The notes: generated from the sequence alone by a model not told the origin. 64,000 bases of DNA from an uncultured Candidatus Saccharibacteria bacterium (GCA_964520545.1 CAZFOD010000004.1:4844-68843), one strand, 5' to 3'. Counted from the stretch's first letter, positions 47,339 to 57,898 are shown. Translations and numbers: made by a program.

Positions 47339-49282
47339 GTGTATATAGTTACCGTATTTCCCATCGCTCGAAATGCATTCAAAGAGCGCCTCTCATACTG
47401 GAGCGCTCATTCATTCCGCTCAGGAAGCATCATTACAGTCCCTGTTAGAGGGCGAAATATTGCTGCACTTGTGGAAACAGTGCAGTCAGCACAGCAAGCA
47501 AAGACAGCAGTGAAGAATGCAAACTTCATGACGAAGAAAATTGAGCAAGCTGACGAAAGAATGCTTGTACGCCCAGGATGTGTACGCGCAGCAATTAAAA
47601 CTTCTGCTTTCTTCATTTCTCCTTTTGGCCAAGTACTGCGAAGCCTCATTCCTGAGTCGATTCTAAGCGCACCACTAGATGTGGTTAAAGAAATATCGGA
47701 AAATGAGAAAAACGAATCTCGAAAGAGTGTAAAAAGTGTTGATGATGAGGGTAATGATATCGTTCCTGAAATCCTTACATTCCAAACCAATGATGCAGAT
47801 AGATACAGCTCATACAAAAGTATTGTCAGAGAAGAGTTTGCGAGAAAGCGATCGGTACTGATGATAGTTCCAACAGTTGTTGTTGCGGATGACCTCTCTC
47901 AAATATTGAGAAAAGGTATCGACGACTATGTTGTCGTACTCCATAGCGGTGTTAGCAAGAAGAAACAGCGAACCGAATGGGTGCGTGCAGTTACAGAGGA
48001 ACACCCCATCCTGATCATAGCGACACAAAACTTCATGTCAGTACCTCGACGTGATGTTCATACCATAATACTAGAAAAGGAATCGTCTCGTGCGTACCTT
48101 TCGACAAGACCTCCATATATTGACGCAAGGACGCATGCGGAATATTACGCGAGAGAGATAGGTGCGCGCCTCATATATGGAGATTCCCTTCTTCGCATCG
48201 AAACACTTCACAGAAGAGAGTCTGGAGAAGTTGGAGATCTTTTCTCTCCATCATTTCGCATTGAAAACGGTCCTCAAACTCTCATCGTCAACATGTCAGA
48301 TGTGATTCACAAAGCGACAAAGGAGAACAAACATTCCCCCATCATGAGTGAGGAGCTCATATCAATGATCCAATATGCCATAGACAAGAAAAGTCGTATG
48401 TTCATATATTGCGCACGGAAAGGTTTAGCACCACAAACAGTCTGCGGTGATTGCTCACAGACCGTTCTCTGCGATCAGTGCCAGGCACCAGTTGTACTGC
48501 ATCAATCAAAGTCAGAGGACGAACGTTTTTTTCTCTGCCATCATTGTGGAAAAAAGCGAAGCGCAGCAGAGCGATGTAAGAAATGCCAAAGTTGGAAACT
48601 CATCACTCTCGGCATTGGTATGGATACGGTATTCCAGGAAATATCAAAACTCTTCCCAAAGGGAAATATTTTCAAGATTGATAGAGACACTGTGTCGACA
48701 GACAAGCAGGCACGCATAATCATTGGAGAATTTGAAAAAACTCCAGGTGCAATTCTTGTTGGAACCGAAACCGCCCTCGCCTTCTTACCTCAAGTGCCCT
48801 ACACCGCAATCGCATCACTTGATAGTCTCTTTTCACTACCAGACTTCCGTCTTAACGAGCGAATTTGTCATACACTTCTTCGATTAATATCTTCAACAAG
48901 TGAATACTTCCTCATACAAACACGTAACCCATCAGCACAGATATTGGAACAAGTAACTCGTGGTGCTCTCACTGACTTCTACAGAAAGGAAATTGAAATG
49001 AGGCAGATGCTCCAATACCCTCCATTCTCAACATTCATAAAAGTAACTGCGGAAGGGAGAAAGGCGGATATTGCGAGCAAAATGGAGCGCCTACAACAAA
49101 TGCTCGAGCCGTGGCCAACATCTGTCTTCCCCGCTTTCATACCAACAATTAAAGGAAATTCAGTGCTCCACATGCTCATAACCGTACCCCCTGAATCTTG
49201 GCCCGATGAAGGTTTAACTGCCACCCTCTCTTCACTTCAGCCCGATTTTGTGGTAAAAGTTAATCCTGAAAGCCTACTCTAA
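47339..49282 (+). CDS. priA: primosomal protein N' (PriA)-like with degenerate ATPase motifs
   Basis: N-terminal 3'-DNA-binding-domain-like segment, PriA Cys-rich Zn-binding region (CGDCSQTVLCDQCQAPV...CHHCGKK...CKKCQS) and C-terminal domain. The Walker A position reads TFQTNDADRYSSY and the DEEH position reads IILEKESS. Confidence 0.7.
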   Translation: MYIVTVFPIARNAFKERLSYWSAHSFRSGSIITVPVRGRNIAALVETVQSAQQAKTAVKNANFMTKKIEQADERMLVRPGCVRAAIKTSAFFISPFGQVLRSLIPESILSAPLDVVKEISENEKNESRKSVKSVDDEGNDIVPEILTFQTNDADRYSSYKSIVREEFARKRSVLMIVPTVVVADDLSQILRKGIDDYVVVLHSGVSKKKQRTEWVRAVTEEHPILIIATQNFMSVPRRDVHTIILEKESSRAYLSTRPPYIDARTHAEYYAREIGARLIYGDSLLRIETLHRRESGEVGDLFSPSFRIENGPQTLIVNMSDVIHKATKENKHSPIMSEELISMIQYAIDKKSRMFIYCARKGLAPQTVCGDCSQTVLCDQCQAPVVLHQSKSEDERFFLCHHCGKKRSAAERCKKCQSWKLITLGIGMDTVFQEISKLFPKGNIFKIDRDTVSTDKQARIIIGEFEKTPGAILVGTETALAFLPQVPYTAIASLDSLFSLPDFRLNERICHTLLRLISSTSEYFLIQTRNPSAQILEQVTRGALTDFYRKEIEMRQMLQYPPFSTFIKVTAEGRKADIASKMERLQQMLEPWPTSVFPAFIPTIKGNSVLHMLITVPPESWPDEGLTATLSSLQPDFVVKVNPESLL

Positions 49283-49881
49283 TGAGCCCCACAAAACCCC
49301 AGAAAACTTCAAAGAAGCATATCCCTGAGATTGTTCAAGCTGGACACCCTGCACTCCACACAGTCGCTAAAGAGATTCCTCTAAAGGAAATCACCTCCTT
49401 AAAAACAAAGAAGGTCATAGAAGACATGCGACTGGCGTTAAATAGCCAAGATGATGGTATAGGTCTTGCAGCACCACAAATCGGAGTCTCACTTCGCATC
49501 TTCATGGTATCAGGCAAAGTCCTACTCCCTCCGGAGGAGCGTCTCCACGCAACTGAAGGTAAGAAAATAAATATGAAAATCCCTGATGACATAGTATTCA
49601 TCAACCCTGTCCTGATCAAAGAATCGAAAGAAAAGAAATGGCTTGATGGCGAAGGATGTCTTTCTGTTCGATGGCTCTACGGAAAAGTAAAAAGATCAAC
49701 AAAGGTAACCATTCGAGCATATGACGAAAAAGGGAAAATGTTTGAACGTGGAGCGAGCGGATTGATGGCTCACATATTCCAACATGAAGTAGATCACTTA
49801 AACGGAATCCTTTTCATCGACAAGGCAAAAGATGTTCAGGAACTCGAAAGAGAACCTGACGGTCACACTCACTCTGCTTAG
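49282..49881 (+). CDS. def: peptide deformylase
   Basis: Motifs GLAAPQIG, EGCLSV and HEVDHLNG. Confidence 0.9.
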   Translation: MSPTKPQKTSKKHIPEIVQAGHPALHTVAKEIPLKEITSLKTKKVIEDMRLALNSQDDGIGLAAPQIGVSLRIFMVSGKVLLPPEERLHATEGKKINMKIPDDIVFINPVLIKESKEKKWLDGEGCLSVRWLYGKVKRSTKVTIRAYDEKGKMFERGASGLMAHIFQHEVDHLNGILFIDKAKDVQELEREPDGHTHSA

Positions 49882-49890
49882 CCATACCTC

Positions 49891-50760
49891 ATGACTACCA
49901 CACCTTACAACTTCATATTCTTTGGTACATCAGAATTCTCAATCATTGCTCTCGAAATGCTTCGAGGAAGAGGAATAGTTCCACAAGTCATAGTTACAAC
50001 ACCGGACAGACCACAAGGACGCAAACTCATCATGACTCCACCGCCCGCAAAGATATGGGCAGGAAAAAACGGTGTAGACGTTCTTCAGTTTGAAAAACTT
50101 GATAACGAGGCTGTTGAAGTGCTCACATCGCTAAAAGCAGATTTCTTCGTTGTCGCTTCCTACGGAAAGATCATTCCGCAAACAATTCTCGATATTCCAC
50201 AAAAGGGCGCTCTTAACATCCACCCTTCTCTTCTCCCACATTACCGTGGTGCATCTCCACTTCAATCCATGATACTCGCCGATGATGCAAAAGTTGGCGT
50301 AACGATCATACGAATGGATGCTCAAATGGATCATGGACCAATCATTGCAAAAAGAGAGATAGAAATTACCAATTGGCCACCAAGTGTCACAGAACTTGAA
50401 CATGTTCTTGCAATTGCAGGTGCACAACTTCTAGCCGACAACCTCGATGCATATCTTGATGGCACACTTGTAGGTGAAGAACAAGAACATGAAAAGGCTA
50501 CCTTTACCAAAAAGATATCTAAAGGAGACGGCCTTCTCGATATTATCGACCAAACTCCAACGAATGCCCGTACTTCATATTTAAAATTCCAAGCTTTCCA
50601 TGGATGGCCAGGAACTTATTTCTTTACCGAGAGAAAGGGAAAGAATATTAGAGTAGCAATCAAAGAAGCTAAATTCGAAGACGACAAATTTGTCATAGTC
50701 GAAGTTACACCTGAAGGTGGAAAGCAGATGTCTTACGAAGAATTTCTTCGAGGCTGCTAA
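49891..50760 (+). CDS. fmt: methionyl-tRNA formyltransferase
   Basis: Formyltransferase N-domain (HPSLLPHYRGASPLQ) plus a C-terminal domain. Confidence 0.9.
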   Translation: MTTTPYNFIFFGTSEFSIIALEMLRGRGIVPQVIVTTPDRPQGRKLIMTPPPAKIWAGKNGVDVLQFEKLDNEAVEVLTSLKADFFVVASYGKIIPQTILDIPQKGALNIHPSLLPHYRGASPLQSMILADDAKVGVTIIRMDAQMDHGPIIAKREIEITNWPPSVTELEHVLAIAGAQLLADNLDAYLDGTLVGEEQEHEKATFTKKISKGDGLLDIIDQTPTNARTSYLKFQAFHGWPGTYFFTERKGKNIRVAIKEAKFEDDKFVIVEVTPEGGKQMSYEEFLRGC

Positions 50761-51120
50761 TTACTTTCCTGAAATACCCTTAAGAAGATCTTTGATCTTC
50801 TGTCCCCCTCTTTTCCATAGTGTTTGTTTCTTATCCTTTCGAGAAGAAAGGATATCCTGCAATTCATCACGGGCAACATCAATTGATGAATATAAATCTA
50901 CTTCTTCGGCAGAGGCTCTTACGAAGTCTCCATTTACGGTGACATTGAGGTGTGTACTGAAAATGTCTCCAGATCGATGATGATTCGTCGTTTTACCAAG
51001 TTCGGCTTCGACTATTGCATTTTCGTCAAGAAACTTCTCAATTCCCTGTAAACGCTTATCAAGATATTCCTGGATTGCAGGAGTAATCTCGATGTGGGTT
51101 CCTTTTGTTATAGTCTTCAT
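50761..51120 (-). CDS. hpf: ribosome hibernation promoting factor (HPF/RaiA, short form)
   Basis: MKTITKGTHIEITPAIQEYLDKRL... matches S30AE-family proteins. Confidence 0.85.
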   Translation of the reverse strand: MKTITKGTHIEITPAIQEYLDKRLQGIEKFLDENAIVEAELGKTTNHHRSGDIFSTHLNVTVNGDFVRASAEEVDLYSSIDVARDELQDILSSRKDKKQTLWKRGGQKIKDLLKGISGK

Positions 51121-51191
51121 ACCTTAAGTATATCAAATATTCAAAAATATTTATCTACCACATCTGTGGCATCAATATGAATACCCCTAGC

Positions 51192-52175
51192 TTAAGGCTG
51201 CAATATATCCTCAGATTTTCCGTTTATAGAAATGACAACGGACTTTACAGAGGCAAATTGTTTCAGAGTCTGTTCAATCTGTGATCGAATTGATGTCACA
51301 AGACATGACCCACCCACACGTTCATCAAGCGCTTCATTAAAATCAGCGCGGGCTACTCCATTTGTAATGGTAAGACTATTTAACTTTGTTCCGGATTTCA
51401 AACTTGTTGAGAATCCATCGGACTTCTCATTTGCAGCAGGACCCTTAAGTAATTCTTCAATAGCAGCTTTTCCTGTTGATGTTGTTTTTGGGATTGATCG
51501 TGTTACTGGATATACCTTAGTACAATCCGTATTCTGAACTCCTGCCATTAAGACATTTGTAAAGTATGCTTTCACACTGATATTAGAAACGCTCGAGGTT
51601 GCAAATTTTACAGGAATGACAATTTGTCTGTCGTTTTCAGGAAGACCAGATGGATTGTCGTTACGCAATACCAAATATCCTGCTGAAGTCTCGGGTGGAG
51701 AAAACGTAACAATCTCAGAGAAAGGAACAAAATTTAATGTCATCCAATCGCCATCAGCCTGCACGGGAAAAACGACAATTTTCTTTCCGTTTGAATCTTC
51801 GATCCAACCTCCGAAAGATGCTTCAAAGTACCAACCTCCCTTAGCCTCCCCCTTCAAGTCAAAGCCACTTGATATGGTTTGATTTGGAGTTGGAGTTTGA
51901 ACTCGAATCAAATCTGAAACATTTGGACTACTCACAGGTGCATTACTAGTCGTCGGCGCAGTAGTTGTTGCAACAGTGTGGACAAAATTCCTCCCATCAG
52001 GAGTATGACATTGCTCTGGGTATGTTTCTAGTACTGGATATCCAGCAGCCACACACTCCTCGTACGTACCAACAGAAACAACTCGCTCTGAATCCTTGTT
52101 CCTAAACGCTAAAGCAACCGCACTGGCTAATATAACGAGTACAATTACCCCCAAAACATATGGTGTTGTCTTCAT
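51192..52175 (-). CDS. secreted GerMN/Gmad2-like domain protein
   Basis: Signal anchor, Thr/Pro-rich linker, Ig-like (Gmad2-like) domain and C-terminal GerMN-like domain. Confidence 0.45.
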   Translation of the reverse strand: MKTTPYVLGVIVLVILASAVALAFRNKDSERVVSVGTYEECVAAGYPVLETYPEQCHTPDGRNFVHTVATTTAPTTSNAPVSSPNVSDLIRVQTPTPNQTISSGFDLKGEAKGGWYFEASFGGWIEDSNGKKIVVFPVQADGDWMTLNFVPFSEIVTFSPPETSAGYLVLRNDNPSGLPENDRQIVIPVKFATSSVSNISVKAYFTNVLMAGVQNTDCTKVYPVTRSIPKTTSTGKAAIEELLKGPAANEKSDGFSTSLKSGTKLNSLTITNGVARADFNEALDERVGGSCLVTSIRSQIEQTLKQFASVKSVVISINGKSEDILQP

Positions 52176-52260
52176 ATATCGTAAGCCGAACGAAGCCCCA
52201 CTACATTACAGCAATAAAAGGGGTATAATATATACGTTAGTACCTAACCAACATTCATAT

Positions 52261-53025
52261 ATGAAATCTACAATATATACAGCTCTTGGGGCCATAGCAC
52301 TCATTACTCTGACAACAGCTCCTGTATCTGCAGAAACAAGAGCATCAATTAAGACAAATGTCCGCGTCAGTGCATCATCCACTGCAACAATTAGATCCGA
52401 AGCACATGATTTCAAAGAAATCAAAAGGGAGGGAAGATCAAATGCAGCTGAAATACGAGCAACAACTACCGCGAGCTCAACCGCTGTTCGTGCTGCCTTG
52501 AAAGAAAACAGGCAGCATGTGTTTGAAGCTATGAAAGTTAACAAAGAGGAATTAAAGTCTGCGATTGAAACGAGAAAATCAGAACTCATGGACAGAGTAA
52601 AAAACATGATATCTGAGAAGAAGAAGCGTCTTGAAAGCAAGTCAGTTGAAAAAGTTACAAACAGACTCACAAAGATTTTTAATGAGCTCAGTGACAAAAT
52701 ATCAAGACTAGACAGTGTTGATGCAAAAGTTGCAACTCGAATGAACGATGCAACAACGGCAGGGGCAAATATTTCGTCAACAACCTCATTGTATCTTGAA
52801 GCTCAAACATCTCTTACAAAGACAAAAGCAGATGTTGAAGCCGCGCATGCTACAGCTCTCGCACAAGTAGCAACAACAACATCTAAGGAAGTAATTAGTG
52901 ATTTGCTACGTGTCGCCAAAGAAAGCATCCAGTCAACAGCACAAGCGTATAGAAAGGTTGTTAAATCCCTCCGTGCAGAATATCCACAAGGACAAGCGTC
53001 AACATCTATTAAGTCAGAGATATAA
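52261..53025 (+). CDS. secreted alpha-helical/coiled-coil protein (hypothetical)
   Basis: Signal peptide MKSTIYTALGAIALITLTTAPVSA then an Ala/Thr/Lys-rich helical region. An ATG at 52261 avoids overlap with the upstream gene (ORF track starts at 52096). Confidence 0.45.
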   Translation: MKSTIYTALGAIALITLTTAPVSAETRASIKTNVRVSASSTATIRSEAHDFKEIKREGRSNAAEIRATTTASSTAVRAALKENRQHVFEAMKVNKEELKSAIETRKSELMDRVKNMISEKKKRLESKSVEKVTNRLTKIFNELSDKISRLDSVDAKVATRMNDATTAGANISSTTSLYLEAQTSLTKTKADVEAAHATALAQVATTTSKEVISDLLRVAKESIQSTAQAYRKVVKSLRAEYPQGQASTSIKSEI

Positions 53026-53038
53026 TTAATATACACAT

Positions 53039-53350
53039 ATGGAACCAAACAATCCCCCATCATTTACAGGCATGGATGTAAATAAAATAAACCAAACACA
53101 ACCTACTGGAAACGGTACGGGAAAGATCGTCGCCGTCATTGTTGCTATTCTCCTTCTTGCTGGTATTGCCTATGCAGGCTGGATATATGTGAAGAACAAT
53201 AATGTTGTAGAGAAAGATGCTGCAATGCAGCAAGTGGAAGTTAAACAAACGGCAACCACTTCACAATCTGACAGTCTTGATGTCGACCTCGACTATTCAG
53301 GAAACATTGATTACAGCCAAGATGCAGCTGAGATAGATAAGGAATTTTAG
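53039..53350 (+). CDS. small membrane-anchored protein (hypothetical)
   Basis: Single TM (IVAVIVAILLLAGIAYAGWIY) with a terminator at about 53363-53400. Confidence 0.4.
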   Translation: MEPNNPPSFTGMDVNKINQTQPTGNGTGKIVAVIVAILLLAGIAYAGWIYVKNNNVVEKDAAMQQVEVKQTATTSQSDSLDVDLDYSGNIDYSQDAAEIDKEF

Positions 53351-53427
53351 TTATTTAAATAAAAAAACTGACCCCGTCTTGCGCAATTGCAAGGCGGGGT
53401 CATTTGGTTTTTGTGCTGGGTTTGTCC

Positions 53428-54306
53428 TTAGGCCTCAGCGAGCACCTCAGCTTCCTGGGGCACATCGCCTTCCGTGCGATCCATCCCCGCGGCAATGTCC
53501 GTGAAGACGTTGTTGCAGGGGAAGAAGGCACTCAAGGCCACGTCGTTCGGGCGGACTTCGATGAGGAAGTTGCCGCCCGAGAACTCCAGACTCCGAGTCG
53601 CCAGTTTGCTCAACCGACCCTCCGCAATCCGGCGGCCTTTCCCCCCACCCTTCCGACGTTCAAAGACGCGGAGGAAGAGGTTACCGTCGGTCACCAACAC
53701 CTGATGCATCGGCAGCGGTGTTGGAGGAGGCAATTCTTCCATCACGTGAGGCACGACGACGGGTTCAGTCTTCACTTTCGGGGGCCGTGGCGCCTTTTCA
53801 GGTCCGTTGGGCTTGGGAAGCGACACCTCGCGATGCTTCGCCTTCCAGGGTCCGCTGCCGCGCTGTTTGAAACGTGGCGGCCTGAAACCCGGCTTCTCCG
53901 AACGCTTTGCCGGCGCAGACGCAGGCAGAGCTTCCGACTTGACCGGGGCCTCCTCCTGGGGCACCACTGGCACTTGAGGCTTTACGGCCGCGGGCTGTTC
54001 CCGGAGAACGTAAGTAGGGTTGCACCACATGTCGTAGTTCGCCCATGCGATAGCGACCGTCTCACCGTTTTTGACCTGATCGATCTGGCAAGCAATCTTG
54101 GTCCCAGGCTCGATCAAAGCGGGTTTGTCCCTCACGTCGGTGAAGACGTGGTTTCCTCCACAACTCACGAACCGCCGCCGGTTCGCGAATGGGAGCTTGA
54201 TTTTGAGAGGGTCGCCTTCGACCGACTTTGCAACTGCGAAACCACCCTTTGGAAGGATGGATACAATGCTCACAAGGAGCACATTTGGACTGACATTGTA
54301 TTTCAT
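53428..54306 (-). CDS. secreted two-domain protein with Pro-rich linker (hypothetical), GC-rich
   Basis: Signal peptide; repeated motif C(G)GNxVFTD[VI] in the N- and C-terminal domains; central Pro/Lys-rich linker. The opposite-strand ORF 53404..54381 is Arg-rich and looks like an antisense artefact. Confidence 0.5.
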   Translation of the reverse strand: MKYNVSPNVLLVSIVSILPKGGFAVAKSVEGDPLKIKLPFANRRRFVSCGGNHVFTDVRDKPALIEPGTKIACQIDQVKNGETVAIAWANYDMWCNPTYVLREQPAAVKPQVPVVPQEEAPVKSEALPASAPAKRSEKPGFRPPRFKQRGSGPWKAKHREVSLPKPNGPEKAPRPPKVKTEPVVVPHVMEELPPPTPLPMHQVLVTDGNLFLRVFERRKGGGKGRRIAEGRLSKLATRSLEFSGGNFLIEVRPNDVALSAFFPCNNVFTDIAAGMDRTEGDVPQEAEVLAEA

Positions 54307-54427
54307 GATCTGAATACTGCTGGTTTTTGGTTTTTTGGACTACATTCAGCGTCTTCCTCGCCTACGTGGCAAAGGTACTGAAGTGGTTATATTATACCAC
54401 GTTTGCTTAAAAAAGCAAGCGGTTAAA

Positions 54428-55042
54428 TTAGGCCTTTTTGGGCCATTCTTCTAGCCTTCCGGCGCGAATTTCCATATGGTCCGCCTTGCGTATATACCTC
54501 TTATTCTCCTTAGGATATATGTCGAGATGTTTAAGCTGATCGAGTTCCCAAGGAATGTCCCATAGGTCTTCTGCGGCGGTTACCCAATCCTCCCCTAGCC
54601 TTTTTAAATTAAATGGATTTGTGTAGCTACTTAGTGTTTTCTTGCCTGTCTGGTTTATGAAATATTCATGGAAGTATGATGCGACAAGTTCTCTGATTGT
54701 TTTATGGATAGGATCTCGATGTCGGAGTACCGCATGGTTGGTTTTACTGATTGCTCCCCAATATCCGTTTTTCTTGTACAAGGTAACAACATGATCTGTA
54801 TCTCCTGGAGCCTTGAGATCGAGTATGAGTGGTTCTTCACCATTAATCCAAAGTGCAGTGGCAGCAAGCAGGGCACCTTCGAGGCAGTGAGCTTTGCGAG
54901 TTTGTAAAACTTTGCGTGGCGACATATATGTCTCCCCATCTTCTTCAAGATTAAATTCCAATGTATCGAGAAAGTCTTGTATCCTATGTGGAGTATTCAA
55001 TTTCTTCAATACCTTCAATTCCCCTTTGGTAAGACCGAGCAT
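54428..55042 (-). CDS. putative transglutaminase-like / cysteine-peptidase-fold protein
   Basis: KAHCLEGALLAATAL ... DHVVTLYKKNGYW resembles the Cys...His core of TGc-like domains; tentative. Confidence 0.35.
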   Translation of the reverse strand: MLGLTKGELKVLKKLNTPHRIQDFLDTLEFNLEEDGETYMSPRKVLQTRKAHCLEGALLAATALWINGEEPLILDLKAPGDTDHVVTLYKKNGYWGAISKTNHAVLRHRDPIHKTIRELVASYFHEYFINQTGKKTLSSYTNPFNLKRLGEDWVTAAEDLWDIPWELDQLKHLDIYPKENKRYIRKADHMEIRAGRLEEWPKKA

Positions 55043-55043
55043 A

Positions 55044-55946
55044 CTACTTGAAGATTAGGAGTAAATAATTATTTATATCCCTCTGGTCGAGATCGTAAAA
55101 CTTTTTATTCTCACCGTGTAGTCTTGTAGCGAGGTCAACTCCAACAAAACGCCAATGCCATGGTTCGTATACGTAGTAACTGTTTCCTTTTGGATATGAA
55201 AGTATGAATCCATACTTATGTGCATTGTTCATGAGCCATGTGAATTCAGCAGTCGAGTCGAATGCGTTAAAATTATCCCCTGTTGTAGGTGTTGTGAAAT
55301 CAATGGTTGTTCCAAGCTGATGTTCTGAATATCCTTGATCAGCAGAAAACTTGTTAGCTGTACCCGCACCGTATGTAACTTTGTATGAAGACTTAAGGGA
55401 GGATTGCGTGTTAAAAGATCGATATGCAGATATTATCTTAAGCTGCTTCCCTTCTTGCGCAGCTCCTTTAATCATTCGCTCGAGAAATGGATACATTTGA
55501 AAATGCACCTGCATTGATGATTCTTTGTTGAAGAGGTATTCAGTTGGAATACTTGCAAGGCTTGATGGTACATAGTTTTCATTTAGGAAATATACCTTTG
55601 AATATTTCTCCAAGAGTTTAGGGTCACTTTTGCTTAATTGATCGAGGGTTCCGACTGCATCATTCACCTTACCAAGCTGTGCTGCAAAAGCTTCATTTCT
55701 AAAAACTTCATTCTGAACCGTATCACTTAGTGCATTGTTTTGATTACTTAGCTGCGAGAGAACAATATACAAGCCATCAAGAGCGGCAGAACTTGATGCA
55801 ATGGATTGCTTTGTCTCCTCAAGTGACGCATTCACTTCTCTAATACGGAATTCACTGTATCCGACAATAGCAGCAACAAGGAGTACCAACTCTACAAGCC
55901 GAACAATGTCCCACCGGTCAATAAATGTACGGAGATTTATATTCAT
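55044..55946 (-). CDS. D-Ala-D-Ala carboxypeptidase family protein (peptidase M15B/VanY-like) with N-terminal anchor and coiled coil
   Basis: Motifs ISAYRSF, SEHQLGTTIDF and EPWHWRF. Confidence 0.75.
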   Translation of the reverse strand: MNINLRTFIDRWDIVRLVELVLLVAAIVGYSEFRIREVNASLEETKQSIASSSAALDGLYIVLSQLSNQNNALSDTVQNEVFRNEAFAAQLGKVNDAVGTLDQLSKSDPKLLEKYSKVYFLNENYVPSSLASIPTEYLFNKESSMQVHFQMYPFLERMIKGAAQEGKQLKIISAYRSFNTQSSLKSSYKVTYGAGTANKFSADQGYSEHQLGTTIDFTTPTTGDNFNAFDSTAEFTWLMNNAHKYGFILSYPKGNSYYVYEPWHWRFVGVDLATRLHGENKKFYDLDQRDINNYLLLIFK

Positions 55947-55978
55947 TGCGATATTTTATCACGTTTCTTACAAGGTCT

Positions 55979-56518
55979 CTATTTCATCAAACCCTCAAGT
56001 ATGCCGTTTGGAGTAACCTTAAGTAGAGTGACAGCACCCACTGATGGTTGTGCAGTCATTGGCTCCCCCGCTTTTCGTTCTGCGTAGTTTATATGCAACT
56101 CCGACTCATGTATTTCATTGTTTTGGGGAGCAATTCTGTCTCCTATGAGAAACGCATTGGTCATTTTGTATCCATCGTTAGTTTTCAGAGCAACGACAGC
56201 GTAGTAAAAAAGACCAGTACCCCCACCATCTTGAGTAATGAGGAATGCAATATCATTCTTGTTATCAAAGTTTAAATCTCCAGTGACATCATTACCAAAG
56301 TATCTTGTTGTAATTACAGATGCAGACCCTGGTGCAACTGGAACTTTTGATTCACCATTAACCAAAGTATACGGAACACCATCAATCTCGTATGTTGCAT
56401 TTTTAGGATCAAATGCAGCTGGAGTAACAACAGGTTGTTTATTCCAATCCCTAGAGAAAAGAATTGCAGTCACTACGACGGCAATGAGAAGCACCAGCAA
56501 AATTATCTTGTTTTTCAT
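55979..56518 (-). CDS. secreted protein (hypothetical)
   Basis: Signal peptide MKNKIILLVLLIAVVVTAILF followed by a beta-rich domain. Confidence 0.45.
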   Translation of the reverse strand: MKNKIILLVLLIAVVVTAILFSRDWNKQPVVTPAAFDPKNATYEIDGVPYTLVNGESKVPVAPGSASVITTRYFGNDVTGDLNFDNKNDIAFLITQDGGGTGLFYYAVVALKTNDGYKMTNAFLIGDRIAPQNNEIHESELHINYAERKAGEPMTAQPSVGAVTLLKVTPNGILEGLMK

Positions 56519-56872
56519 GCGCTATATTATACACCCCCATCCCTTTTTTTATGCAATCTCTGTATTTAAAACCATCACATTAATATGAGGTGAGGTTTTG
56601 TCTCATATTGTCCACATACTACGACACACAATTAAACTTGTATGTTGTCAAAACAAGCGTACTATAAATATGTAGCAAAGATATCTAATTACTGGTACAT
56701 ATTAGACCAAATAAATTCGGGAGTCGGCTGTGGCATCTTCTAACCAATCACAGCGGAAGATCTAGATAGTGTACTCTAAGACATTGCTTTGCTTCAACGA
56801 GTTTCAAAACTCGGTGGAAGTAAACACCCTACGTGTCTTTACTTGGTTTATAAAATCTAAAAAAATAAATAT

Positions 56873-57541
56873 ATGACAAACAAAATGACTCTTAAGGCGT
56901 CTACTCGTTTTGTATTTGCTGCTGGTCTCATGACTACAGCTCTTGCAATCGCAGTTCTCCCTTCAATTACACGTGCAGATACCCTCTATCGACAGCTACA
57001 ACTTGGAATGTCTGGTGGCGATGTTTCAACACTTCAAACATTTCTTGCTAAAGATACTTCAATATATCCTCAGGGACTTGTGACAGGATACTTCGGATCA
57101 CTCACAAAGTCAGGTGTCGTGAATTTCCAGGTTAGAAATGGAATCTCTCCTGTTGGACGAGTTGGACCACAGACACTTGCTGTCATTAACTCACAAATGG
57201 GCGGCCTAGTTACAGGAAACGACCAGCGATCTCCAACGATTAGTGGTGTAAATCTAAATGTCTCAGCTTCAACAGCAACTGTTGCATGGAATACAGATGA
57301 AAATTCATCAGGTCTCTTGTACTACAGCACATCTCCACTTTCACTTAGTGAAGGAAGTGAGACAGCTGCGATTACGGTTTATGGAACTTCAGTAATTGCC
57401 AACATCAATCTTCAATCAATGCACAGCACTACTGTGACTGGTCTCCAGGCGAATACGACATACTACTACCTAGTATATTCTCGTGATAACGCTGGAAATG
57501 AAAGCATTTCATGGCCATCAACCTTCCGTACTTCAAACTAA
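56873..57541 (+). CDS. secreted peptidoglycan-binding domain + fibronectin type III-like domain protein (paralog 1)
   Basis: Signal peptide; PG_binding_1-like segment (LQLGMSGGDVSTLQTFLA...GYFGSLTKSGVVNFQVRNGISPVGRVGPQTLAVIN); FN3-like C-terminus (TATVAWNTDENSSG...TGLQANTTYYY). Confidence 0.65.
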   Translation: MTNKMTLKASTRFVFAAGLMTTALAIAVLPSITRADTLYRQLQLGMSGGDVSTLQTFLAKDTSIYPQGLVTGYFGSLTKSGVVNFQVRNGISPVGRVGPQTLAVINSQMGGLVTGNDQRSPTISGVNLNVSASTATVAWNTDENSSGLLYYSTSPLSLSEGSETAAITVYGTSVIANINLQSMHSTTVTGLQANTTYYYLVYSRDNAGNESISWPSTFRTSN

Positions 57542-57898
57542 ATACGGATACAGGTACAACAAAAGCCGACACGCGTCGGCTTTTTTGTTTGCACACTTTG
57601 CTTAGAAACCTAATCCGGCAAGTCTTAGAAGCCAAATGATGACGACAACGACTAGAACAATCTGTACTGGCTTTACAATCTGCGCTGGTAAAAGCGGAAG
57701 GAGGTAGGTATATATCACCCAAAGGACAACGATGACGAGGAGGATCTGTAATATCATGAGAATTTTAAATTAAATGGTTACCTCTAGATTGTACCACTAT
57801 ATAATTTTTAATTTACGTAGATTATACCCAATCTTAATGAAGATTAAGTAATTTTGATGAAAATTGTTAATAAATTTGTTATAGTGAAACTATACTCC

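Noticed and set aside
53404-54381. Plus-strand 325-aa ORF overlapping the minus-strand secreted protein
   Set aside because: The translation is Arg/His/Pro-rich low-complexity sequence typical of the antisense strand of a GC-rich gene. The minus-strand ORF has a signal peptide and domain-like organisation.
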